Made by a program: the position numbers and the translations under genes. 64,000 nt of DNA from NCBI GenBank assembly GCA_040758595.1, contig JBFLVJ010000006.1, forward strand, positions 15,093-79,092. The letters are read 5' to 3'. The notes beneath the pieces were generated by a model. That model made no database searches. It was given only the letters and a program-made list of their open reading frames with translations, and was not told where the DNA came from. Below, in pieces: positions 17,901 to 25,900 of this stretch (its first letter is position 1; each line of letters opens with the position of its first letter). The stretch is from Candidatus Micrarchaeota archaeon. GTDB taxonomy: Archaea > Micrarchaeota > Micrarchaeia > Anstonellales > Bilamarchaeaceae.

Positions 17901-20444
17901 GACGTGGTGCCACACTGCGGGCAGCATGAATACCCTGCCATAAGCGTCGTGGGCGTCCATCTCCGGGATGCCTTTCCTCGCGACCGCGCGCCTCGCTTCT
18001 GCGATGGCCGGGGCGAACTGCGCTATGGTGTATCTGTATAGGAATCCGCTCTTGAGGTTGTTGATGGCGACGTCCTTGGTCGGAGCCAGAAGGTTCTGCC
18101 GGATAGCCGAAAGCTCTCCTCCTGCCCAGGCGAGATTCGCCCGGTTGTCTTTGACGAAATCCACCAGGGCGGTGCCATATTCTTTCTCCAGCCTCGCCCT
18201 GTCGCTGGACAGGTTGCGGTAGATGTCCTTGACAGCATACGAGAGCGCATCGACCGAATATCCTATCCCTGTGTGGAGCGAGAAGACAAACTGGCTGGTG
18301 CGCCTCTTCTGCATCTCTGCCGTGATACCCTCCACCGGCTTGACGAGCCATTGGAGATAGGGCATCCTCTTCTCGACAAGCGCCACGAACGATTTGCCGT
18401 GCTTCTTCTCCAGGGCATCCAGCCTCGCTCTGCCATCGGCTATTTTCACATATGCGTCATGGGCCTCGAGGCACACCTCCGAGAGAGTGACCGTCTTGGT
18501 CGGGGTGGATCTCTTGTTCGCCACCGAGCGCAGCCTGGATAGGAGCTCCCTTGCCGCGCTGTCGGCCGGGCGGGCCGCGGCCCTGCGGGTCAGCTCCTGC
18601 TCGAAGCCTTGCGCATCGGTGTTCGATATCCATGAGAGGCCGCCGAGATTCTTCTGGATGACATCTGTCACTCCGGCCGCTTCGACCGAGCGGACCTGGG
18701 TGCTTATGGATAACAATGCGAGGTAGCTCTCGACTAGAGCGCCTTCTTTATCCCTCATCTTCAGCCTGCTGAAGGCCTCTGCGCTCTTGTCCCCGGCGTT
18801 GGACCTCTTCTCGATGAGAGTCTTGATCTCGCTGGCATCCCTCGCCATCCATGAGAGCTTGGCCATGTTGGAGGAGACGAGATTCAGCATCGTCATCCCA
18901 TAATCGCTCTTCAGGCGCTTCATGTCGGGCTTCGGCTTGGCGAACTCCGTGAAGATATCCCTGACCGCTATCGACAGGATGTTGCTGGTGAAGGTGCGGT
19001 GGAGCTCGATGAGGCCCCTGTTGGTGCCCAGCTCCCTGGTGTAGATCCCGACGAACGCTTTCCAGAAGATCGGGTTCTTCTCGGCCATCTTCATGACGAC
19101 CTTGCCGCCTTCTATCGTGGCTATCTCCCCGTTGAGGAGCGCGAGGAATGAGCGCTCCGAGCCGGCGTTGCCGGTCTTGACGACATCCCTGAAATACCTG
19201 ATGGCCCGTCCGGCCAATCCCTTGGCCACGATCTCCAGGAGAGCATCAACGACTTCCTGGCCATGCTGTTTCCTTATCGTTTCGACATCTTCGGGCTTTC
19301 CGCCAAGGGCTTTCTTGTAGAGGTCTTTGACCATGGCTGCGAACTTGAACGGGTCCATGGCGGTACTGCCTGTCTGCGCCCTGCTCCATGCCTTGTATGC
19401 ATCCATCACCGCTTTGAGACCGGATGCCTCATCCAAGGTTATCCTGGCACGGAACTCAGAAGTTAGAGCCGAGCGGAACGCGCCCGAGAACGGGTTGTTG
19501 TTGATTATCCTCTCGAATTCGTTGTATCGCTTCTCATCCCCGCTGAGCAGGAACGATCTCAGGGCATCCACGCACAGGCGGGCCTGCCTTTTGGGCATGC
19601 GCTTGGCCAGCTCCAAGGTCAGCGCATCGCCATGGTGCTCTGCGGCGCTCTTGATGGAGGGCCTCTCCAGCACGGTGATGACCGCTTCGTTGAGCGCATT
19701 AACCATCTCCTTGTTCTTCCGGTCCTTGGTGTCGGAATATATCTTCCAGAAAGCGGCGGCATCGAGCCCCTTCGCCCTCTTCAGTTCCTCCCTGACTTTT
19801 GCGACGAGGCTTTCCTGGACGGCGAGCTCCTGGTCCTTGGTCTTCTTGGCGAGCTCGGTGAGCCTGGCGACATCATTGTCTTTCGCAGCTCCCCTGTCCA
19901 GAGCGCTCCTTATCTTGGTGACGGTCTCTATGAAGTCGGTGTAATGGACCGGGTTGCGCCAGAGGAAATGGAACAGCCGGCCCCGGTCTTTCTTGAAAGC
20001 CTCGAAGAGCGGCTTGACCAGCGGGTCGTTGACCGCCTTCCTGAGCTCCGGGAAGAGCCTGTCCATGAAAACGTGCTGTTCTGTTATCTTGCTGGCGGCG
20101 AAGGTGCTGTTGTATATCGACCAGAATCTTTTGCCCTGCGCAGGATCCCCGCCTATGAGGTAGTTTTTGAAGGCCTGGGCCGCTTCTACGGCCTTCTCCC
20201 TGAGGACTTTCGCTTCTTCCGCTACTGGCCTTCTAACCTGCGCCGGACCTGCCATGGCACTATCTGGCCCGAGATTCTTTAAATTGCTTGCGGAGGCCGA
20301 TATCACCGTCGCTGTGAGAGCCGCTGCCATGAGCTTTGAGCACGAATAGAAGAACCTGGAGAAAGGCCGTCTTCTCCTGGAATCAGAAAGCGATTGGCCT
20401 GCATCCCCTCTGCACTCATCCTTCTTGAGTCTGGAGCCGGCCAT
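11961..20444 (-). CDS. Giant 2827-aa exported protein: helical repeats plus putative C-terminal membrane beta-barrel
   Basis: 8.5-kb uninterrupted ORF; RRRR plus hydrophobic N-terminal signal; about 9 helical repeats; many amphipathic strands from about residue 1670; ends WGVMFSVTAKW; TTTAAAA box about 30 nt upstream. Confidence 0.85.
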   Translation of the reverse strand: MAGSRLKKDECRGDAGQSLSDSRRRRPFSRFFYSCSKLMAAALTATVISASASNLKNLGPDSAMAGPAQVRRPVAEEAKVLREKAVEAAQAFKNYLIGGDPAQGKRFWSIYNSTFAASKITEQHVFMDRLFPELRKAVNDPLVKPLFEAFKKDRGRLFHFLWRNPVHYTDFIETVTKIRSALDRGAAKDNDVARLTELAKKTKDQELAVQESLVAKVREELKRAKGLDAAAFWKIYSDTKDRKNKEMVNALNEAVITVLERPSIKSAAEHHGDALTLELAKRMPKRQARLCVDALRSFLLSGDEKRYNEFERIINNNPFSGAFRSALTSEFRARITLDEASGLKAVMDAYKAWSRAQTGSTAMDPFKFAAMVKDLYKKALGGKPEDVETIRKQHGQEVVDALLEIVAKGLAGRAIRYFRDVVKTGNAGSERSFLALLNGEIATIEGGKVVMKMAEKNPIFWKAFVGIYTRELGTNRGLIELHRTFTSNILSIAVRDIFTEFAKPKPDMKRLKSDYGMTMLNLVSSNMAKLSWMARDASEIKTLIEKRSNAGDKSAEAFSRLKMRDKEGALVESYLALLSISTQVRSVEAAGVTDVIQKNLGGLSWISNTDAQGFEQELTRRAAARPADSAARELLSRLRSVANKRSTPTKTVTLSEVCLEAHDAYVKIADGRARLDALEKKHGKSFVALVEKRMPYLQWLVKPVEGITAEMQKRRTSQFVFSLHTGIGYSVDALSYAVKDIYRNLSSDRARLEKEYGTALVDFVKDNRANLAWAGGELSAIRQNLLAPTKDVAINNLKSGFLYRYTIAQFAPAIAEARRAVARKGIPEMDAHDAYGRVFMLPAVWHHVDKLPAIDKAVGERRDLIRRCNSLGRSLEALRRHVKRYRILQPAVVVIDDYITRWARTNAKIMLRANTIDKEALEALNKEWKELYSSIINTRDIKNTVELVFAAIHMAQTGGDIRTGTVTSSLLGSADRNTLTALIGWYNGEDKSGKQPIIRDMVSAIMKKASPRLHQFISGMSAVDYKFALDSVYAALKSKDAAKKKAAIDRFGQKFVDAITAQMEHLKLLESPSTDVKDLAMGQNRLYADIVLRCYYSLKRPKPGENREAMVDLFGEGFVQVVEQNLTALDSIAQAGAGIEELNKRLPAQLKTKLYLAYGEAYQKSVGRLEGMFSKEDALLADSMATIYKTLADKPPSDAPAGVRKEYENRLLKLKSGYGQLVPLVQRNWKDLWFLDSAKVTSEELKRLDASVLSQLRQAYKASDASKRPTFMANLVGMSTKLPEIYLTLRAALIFNNNTDEVGMKFKMAVDKYREVFGKDDYLIKQFINIDLLAQSYSLLRRRYAVDLPSGMKSLATADDLVRFLNSAQGKELLRKGKEFFTAMETNYNSWRTDNGITITTGEFSDQNITNIRNQLSIMDTLYLGVALEKFSTSSSMGRTAMVLTMESIITINNRDPYLVGPFLLQVLPAILKVAKDETALQLAIKAFNGTFSARYGEGTRDLAYSDAVNRKYFLEVFANIAKKLPVMATVFDHTQLADELRRTPEPTAAGGTGGTENPYLYRVKPGWWEPSQFGKDFSGAVGSYAKPLHLTPNIQLFPTGSLGAMQFTVDSGASELHERMRLQLTPPGRQTFRPTIPPQMRINTIGASTLLRRLNQLFGPMPKDYEAYWLSWDVNAAGYYEAEGGGTRKQSGGIAGTVAGRTTTGGIAGQVTYTGSGTVSEETTPAGTSKATTQTHAATIGMTAGGLPVVRMLKLDLQLDRSGSKTVSTPTGGEKTTVETPSAERAKGALESYIDIAKKKGVGMIVYLSGEYVPELKQKTTPPTGAEEPVTQEKKHELKSRLYFIDQYGNTYQLSYGKKTETELNNWLFGGVDHKNVLASFQFLGKQMLSDNGAAGGFNGAAVGFTIPTGGGETFSTLALGQLVRNLSTMTPVSAEQAVGAAVTRLLGSGKHRDVYAGFYRGSETVTTDPNDPTRITNTKTASTTAEVMWRRVSLSPGSYQFEIRAVGGYPATAGVSAKVEWTRGKTTHGAGLTAGYSTVDLLREFMMLDTAATNLYATSKNAFVGAHKWSENKARDMGYLIALNYMYSRLEDFVVRNPDGTYTTDKSAYKKEHFASALLMYWAKRHGLLMGAQKVPRWGESYKLIDQAMQQIQQNPENQAAILSGLATSLQGIFDKERWNFSLGYGYDGQKVGVYVFGGANISGDEQSYVNLKSVFVFGRPAKAWMEVGGYGYTYPKVIVAEDTTSGTFGITNKQTEFLDVTAGIGTTRWPAINAHLYQRHVTVSGTPDAFSALRDIYTTVGAGGDKQRLASSYGSRLVGLVEKDMGSMSWMVRPAEDIRKSLQAMKRRDSVVRNILLFLPGREIGAAKVTLDEAKTVREIYLALRTPDGRERMLKRYKRDLVQIISSNSSSLAWMMLPPDKMKAEFEKQATVKGSTAEKITKVAMRASATGSMLSGKEMQTLFQQNMVDVIFGCDSQAATKEGIQPQLYSVGLAKHLKTSKGRSKTFYVLHSVARLRPGTSASLIIGDHRDAREWIKSGKLIGSDIMRVTVAKVGDKYRLSFAGDKRLRYLSAWKIIGGVTVPLKPSELRYHDAAGNFTVGGLVKVMENHKFELLAGAIYGRRQYAQERWENWTVTFSGRLKTEQTSTLDESWYGYVFVNQLTKKAVFTSKDVFKNATEMREACSTLTDGRCDSFDKLSRTTGGIGITWSRMNVVTSKQQKFDFFFEAGSQTWTPASTALYAKRTEPVFRTGIGYGLTVTSASAVRPVQMYFGALGYKGLWNVGVGTEQPGVHAPNYLPTYIQSLRAIKGKTAWGVMFSVTAKW

Positions 20445-20607
20445 AATCTTACTATTATTAGACGCTAAAGGGTTTTAAAGAGATGTCACACAAAAAGGAA
20501 TTTCGTGTAGGAAGAATATGTGCGGGACGCCGGATTTCCCCTTTCCTGTTTGGTAAAAGACTGCGAAAAAACAGGGATAAAAGGGTAAACCGAGCGAAAA
20601 AAGCGGT

Positions 20608-22959
20608 TTATATGTTGATGGTCTTCCGCCTGCCGCCGGTGTCCCGGGGCGGTGCGGTCTCTCGCGGGGGCTCCCTGACCGGAGGGCTCGTCCTCCTCGG
20701 GACCGGGCTCCTCGTCCCTTCCCAGGCGTTCGCGTTGGCGCTCGGGTTCGCAACCCTCCACCTGTAGAGCGTGATGGCGGCCAGCGTCTTCAGGTCCTCC
20801 GTCGGATTCTCCGGAAGCCTGGAACCCGACTCCCTCATCCTGGAGACCAGCAGCCCGCGCATGTCCTTGTCGAACTTGACGCCAAGATCGTCCTTCTGGT
20901 TCGCCCTGCTGTTGATGTACTTCTTGATGGTCAACGCCACGAGCCTCCTGTCCGGAGGCCGCGTGCCGGTGCTCATCATCACCGCCGGGCTGGTGAGGCG
21001 TTTGCTGTTCCTTCCGGTCCTGCAGAAATCCAGGAAATCGCGGTCTTTCTTCAGGATGTCGTTGAAGACCTTGTCATAGGCCCGCTCTATGTCGTCGCGC
21101 TTGAGCGACCTCAGGGCGGTCTCAACGCTCTTCCACCCTCCAGGGAGGTTCTCCATTATCGAGAGCACATCGCCTGGCCGGCTGGATTTGACCGCGAGGA
21201 ATATGCGCCCCCCAAGGCCCCTCCACTGCTCTGATGCGAACTTCTGCAGCTCTGACTGTGCGCTCGCCCTGGTCGGGGTAATGTTGTATGCGGCCTTGGC
21301 TATGAGCTGTGCCATGAGATCTCTGCCCGCGTTATTGGGGTGCAGGCCATCTCCCGAATCATACTGCCTTCTGAGCCTGAAGTATCTTGAACCCCTAGTC
21401 ATGGGCTCTCCCAGCGCCGACATATCAACGAAGATTGTCCCCGGGAAGTTCTTCGGGACGTAGGTCTCCATCCAGTTGTTTATCATATGCGTCCTGTTGC
21501 GGGTGGCGCTGCTCGCCCCGGAATATGCCGCCCATGGGGTGATGCCTAGGAGGATGACGGCCATCCCCCGTTTCCTTGCGGCGCGTATCATGTCCCCGAT
21601 GGCCTTTATCGCCCTGTTGACCGGTATCTTGGCTATCTCGTTGACACCGCCCTGTATTATCACGGTGTTGAACTGGAGCCGGTTGGAGAGTATGTCTCGG
21701 TTGAACCTCGCAGCGATCCTCAAGAGGTTCTGGCCTGAGATGCCATACGGCACCACCCTGGCGCCGCGGAACTTGCTCTGCAGCAGCTTCTGGAGCGTGG
21801 CTGCATAGCGGCCGCCTGCCGTGATGGAATCGCCGATGACCCCGATGACCGGCCTCATGCCGGTGGCGAGCGGAGGCTTCGCGGCGACCCTGGCTCCTGT
21901 GTGCCTGGGGACGACCGCTGCCACCAAGGGCAATGGGATGACCGAAGGCGCTTTCCAAACATCTATCCTGTCCTGTTTCAGGCCTCTCCCCCTGGAAGGG
22001 TGCTCCAGGTTCCATCTCCTCAGATAAAGAAGCGATGCTGTTATCGTGTCCGCATCCATCGTCCCGAGCAGTGCGAGCTTGATGGCGCTCAGATTGCCCC
22101 CGGCCCTCTGCAGCTTGTCAAGCGTGGCCTTGGCTAAGGGAAGCTGTGATATCTCCGCGAGATATCTGGAGAGGCTGGCGTTCTTGGCCGCGAAGCTGTA
22201 TAAAAAATATCTGATGTAAAGGTCAGCGCTGCGCAGGATCGCCGGGTCCGCCTGAGCAAGGTCCTTCCCTTGCGAAAGGTATCCCTGGAGGGCGATGAAT
22301 TCCGGGAAGGCCCTCTTGGACGCAGCCGTCCCCTGCTGCTGGGCGGCCAGCGATGAGAGCAGGAGCTTGAACTGCGGGCTCGCATCGCGCAATGCCCTGA
22401 AGACCGCGATTGTCGCAGCCTTCTGGTTCTCGGTGCGTGCGACCCCTCTCTGGGCGGCTCTTGTCAGGAACCTGGCCACGAACAGCCGGCTCGAATGGCA
22501 GTTGGATACGGCCTTCTTTGCCCTATAGTTGCCCCGCCCGGTATACGCCAGCTGGCCCTCTATCCAGGATGATGTTATCTCCGGTCCTTTGGCTGCTGGA
22601 GCACGCGCCCTGCGGGAGGTCCTGGCCCTGGTTGAGTAGCGGCTTCTCCCAGAGCGGGTCCTCGCTCTAGGCCTCGGCGCAGGCACCGGTGCGCGCCTGC
22701 CTGATGCAGACGGGTTGAGCTGGCGGTATGTCTTCGCTGCGGCCGCTGATGCGCTGATTGCCGCAGCCTCGCGGGCCATATCATTGTTCCCGGCCATCTT
22801 CAGATCGAACGTTATGATGCGCTTGGCGCGGTTGATGCGGTTGGCGATATCGCTCTGGCTCATGCCGCTGCCCACTGTGACGGATGTCCATTTCATCTGG
22901 CCGTTGCTGAACCTAATGGCTATCCTTCCGCCTCTCACTTCTATGTCTGCCATCTTCAT
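20608..22959 (-). CDS. Multidomain protein with central SGNH/GDSL hydrolase domain
   Basis: Blocks GDSIT, GISG, GGVN(E), DGLHPN all intact; start ATG 22959 overlaps the upstream stop (ATGA), alternative start 22953. Confidence 0.88.
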   Translation of the reverse strand: MKMADIEVRGGRIAIRFSNGQMKWTSVTVGSGMSQSDIANRINRAKRIITFDLKMAGNNDMAREAAAISASAAAAKTYRQLNPSASGRRAPVPAPRPRARTRSGRSRYSTRARTSRRARAPAAKGPEITSSWIEGQLAYTGRGNYRAKKAVSNCHSSRLFVARFLTRAAQRGVARTENQKAATIAVFRALRDASPQFKLLLSSLAAQQQGTAASKRAFPEFIALQGYLSQGKDLAQADPAILRSADLYIRYFLYSFAAKNASLSRYLAEISQLPLAKATLDKLQRAGGNLSAIKLALLGTMDADTITASLLYLRRWNLEHPSRGRGLKQDRIDVWKAPSVIPLPLVAAVVPRHTGARVAAKPPLATGMRPVIGVIGDSITAGGRYAATLQKLLQSKFRGARVVPYGISGQNLLRIAARFNRDILSNRLQFNTVIIQGGVNEIAKIPVNRAIKAIGDMIRAARKRGMAVILLGITPWAAYSGASSATRNRTHMINNWMETYVPKNFPGTIFVDMSALGEPMTRGSRYFRLRRQYDSGDGLHPNNAGRDLMAQLIAKAAYNITPTRASAQSELQKFASEQWRGLGGRIFLAVKSSRPGDVLSIMENLPGGWKSVETALRSLKRDDIERAYDKVFNDILKKDRDFLDFCRTGRNSKRLTSPAVMMSTGTRPPDRRLVALTIKKYINSRANQKDDLGVKFDKDMRGLLVSRMRESGSRLPENPTEDLKTLAAITLYRWRVANPSANANAWEGTRSPVPRRTSPPVREPPRETAPPRDTGGRRKTINI

Positions 22960-25900
22960 CCACCCTTCCAGGTCGGGGTTATCACGTATGTCTTGATATA
23001 AGCGTGCAGGCTCTTGGGCGACGGATCGCCTATCGTGATTTTCAAGATTCCGCCCTCCATCTTCCCGCTGAAGCCCGCGCTCCTCAGCATCTGGGCGCCG
23101 CTCACTTTCTTGCCGCTGAGAGTGAGGTATGCCTCGCTCTTGACAAGCGCGTTCATGTAATCGAGCACCTGCGGCACCCTCCACTGGTGGCTGTACTCCT
23201 TTATCATCTCCGGCGTGAGCTCTCCGATGCCTCCCATGGCGCGGTGATATATGGTCAGGATGGGGATCCTCTCCTTCTCCTGTTTCCATATGCTGCTCAT
23301 CATCGCCTTGAGATATCTCTCCAGTTCCTTTCCGTCCGCGCTCTTGTAGAACGCTTCCATCTCGGGCTTGATGAGGGCCTTTGCTTCCTGGAGCTTGTGG
23401 ATGGCCGGGCCGCTCTTGACTCCTCTGCCTGGAGCGATGCGCGGGGTCACTGCGCTGAGCCCGGCGCCGCTGATTATCCTGACGTCCTGCGGGAGCTGCT
23501 CATACAACTGCCTCTGCTTGGGGGTGAACGCCCTCATCATCATGGCCCGGTCCTTGGCAGTCATGCTCTTGAGCATCCTTATCTGCCCCTCGCGGTCGAG
23601 GCCTTCGAATATCGCCGCGTTCTTCTTCGGGCTCACGAGCCTCTTCAATCTCTGCCTCTCGAATTTGCTCGGGCGCCTGAGCCATCCCTTATCCTTCTGG
23701 ATGAACACCGGTTCCATAGCGACGAGCTGCCCTTTCCTCGAATTCCCGTCATAGTAATCCGCCGCAGTCCATCCTTGCGCCGCTCCCTGGGCAACCAGGT
23801 GCTGGAGTATTGAGGCCAGGTCCGTGATATCGGTGTAATTCGCCTTCACCCATGCCATGATGCCCTGGTTGCGTTCATTGGATCTCTCGTTGACCAGCTT
23901 GACAATCTCAGTCTGCAGGGCGCTCGAGAATCTGCGTATGCCGACAAGCGACACCGGCCCCACGTAGCCGAGCTTCCTCGCTTCTGCGACCGCATCCTTG
24001 CCGGTGTAGGCGAGTATCCATTTCGCGAGCGCTGCCCGATCGCCGTATACCTCCTCATCGTTCTTGATTATGAACGAATTGAGCTTCGCGACCGCTTCCT
24101 TGTTCGCCAGATAACCCTTGAGCAGGTTCTGCATCGCAGCCCTCGCTTTCTGGTCGGGCTCCCTCACCGCTCCGGCATCGAGCCGATCCATGAACGATCC
24201 CTGCGGAACAGCGGTTTCGATATAAAGCCCCTTTGCCGTCAGTGCGGTCGCGATGGCATCTGCCAGCTTCACCTTCCTCTGCTCGGCCTCTTTCCTGATG
24301 CTCTGCGCCGCATCTTGCGCGGAGATCGCGGTTAGCGCATCCCTGATATAAGTGCGCGGCAGGTTGCCCTTTTGCACCAGCTCCCACATGCCTATGTACA
24401 TGTCAGTGTTCTCCACGAGGAACTTGGCGACGCCCTGGCCTCTCTTGAAGGGTATGCCCGCATCGGTCAGGAACTGCTCTATGATCACATCTTTCGTGTT
24501 GACCATGAGGCCTTTGCCGCGGAAGTGTCCCCTGCTCAGATCGACCATGTCGGTTATCTCGAGCTTCTGGGGCAGGTCGTACCTGGCCTTCTCCGCGAGC
24601 TTCTTCTCCATCGCTTCGATGGTGATGCCCCATCTTCCTAGCAGGGCCGAGAGCTTCCCTCTCGCCTCCGCTTTCTCATCGGCGCTTCCGGTCCTGTAGC
24701 TCTTTATGAGCGCGTTCACTTCCGAGAGCCTCGAATCCATCTCCTTGCCGATATCGATTATCTCGCCGAGCCGGGGTATGTTGAGATGCCACTGATCGCT
24801 CTCGAGCGCACGCTTGAGGGCTTCCGGGGAGCCTGGCCTGCGCTCTGAGCCAACCAGCAGCTTGCGCGAGAGATAGCTGAAGAAAGCCGGCTTCTGCTGG
24901 ATGTATCTCACCTGCTCCACAGTGCATGCGATGCCGTAATCCCTCTTGCACCTGTCCACGACCTTCTCAGGCTCTGCGATGAACATCCACTTGAAGAGCC
25001 GATAAGCCGCATAACCGGTAGCCGCCCAGAACGCGGCCTGCAGCACGAACTGTTTGGTGGCTCCGTATCCACGGTCCCACCAGGCGGATCTGGGAGTCTC
25101 CCGAAGCACCTTCAGCCCTTTCCTGAGGAAGTACTGGGTGGACATGGAATAATACCTGCCATCAACGCTCCACCATCTTAGCAGGGGCACCTTGAGCCAG
25201 TTGCTGGCCCAGGCCCGCTCCCAGAACGCCATCATCCGATACATGACAGGCACGGTCTGGGTGCCGACGGCAGATATGAGGAGATCCCCTTCGCCGACCG
25301 CATTGGTGTACTTCTCCGCGAGGCCGTTGAGGGTGGTATATTGGCCGCCGAGCTGTTGGCGGGCGCGCTCCACGAACTCGGTTATCTGCTTCATCTGCGC
25401 ATCTCCAAGCACGTCCTTGAGCTTGGCGAGTATCTCGTTGAGGCTTCCTTCTTTCACTGCCGCGAGATATAGCCCTTTGGCCCTGGCAGGCTGTCCCTTG
25501 GTGATCGCGTTGACGACCTCTTCGCTGCGCAGGGCCAGCGCCAGCGAATCATCCAGGCCCATGGCCATGTTCTCGGTGTTGAGCGAGCGCTCCAGTTCTC
25601 CTCTCATCGCCTTGGCGACCGGCTTGTTGGCGACATCCATGTTCTGGAGCCTGTTGGCGGCCACCATGAACGCGTTCTGGACCTCGAATATGACGTCCCC
25701 GCCGCTGACTAAGCCGCTGTCCATCAGTTTCTTGAGGGCGGCCACTCTCTGCGCCGGGGTGAGTTCGATACCGAGCAGGCGCTGCGTGTATGCGAGCGGC
25801 GCGTTGTCCGGGTGGGCTACCTGCTCCCTCAGCTGCGCCAGTTCTGTCTGCGCGGCCAGGAGCTTCTGCCTCAGCGCCACGGCTGCTGCCTGGCGTCTTT

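Noticed and set aside
22960-23289. N-terminal extension of the 893-aa ORF call (likewise extended calls at 7798, 11031, 52047, 53054, 60876)
   Set aside because: These extensions overlap neighbouring genes; downstream ATGs fit the family N-termini and SD/TATA positions
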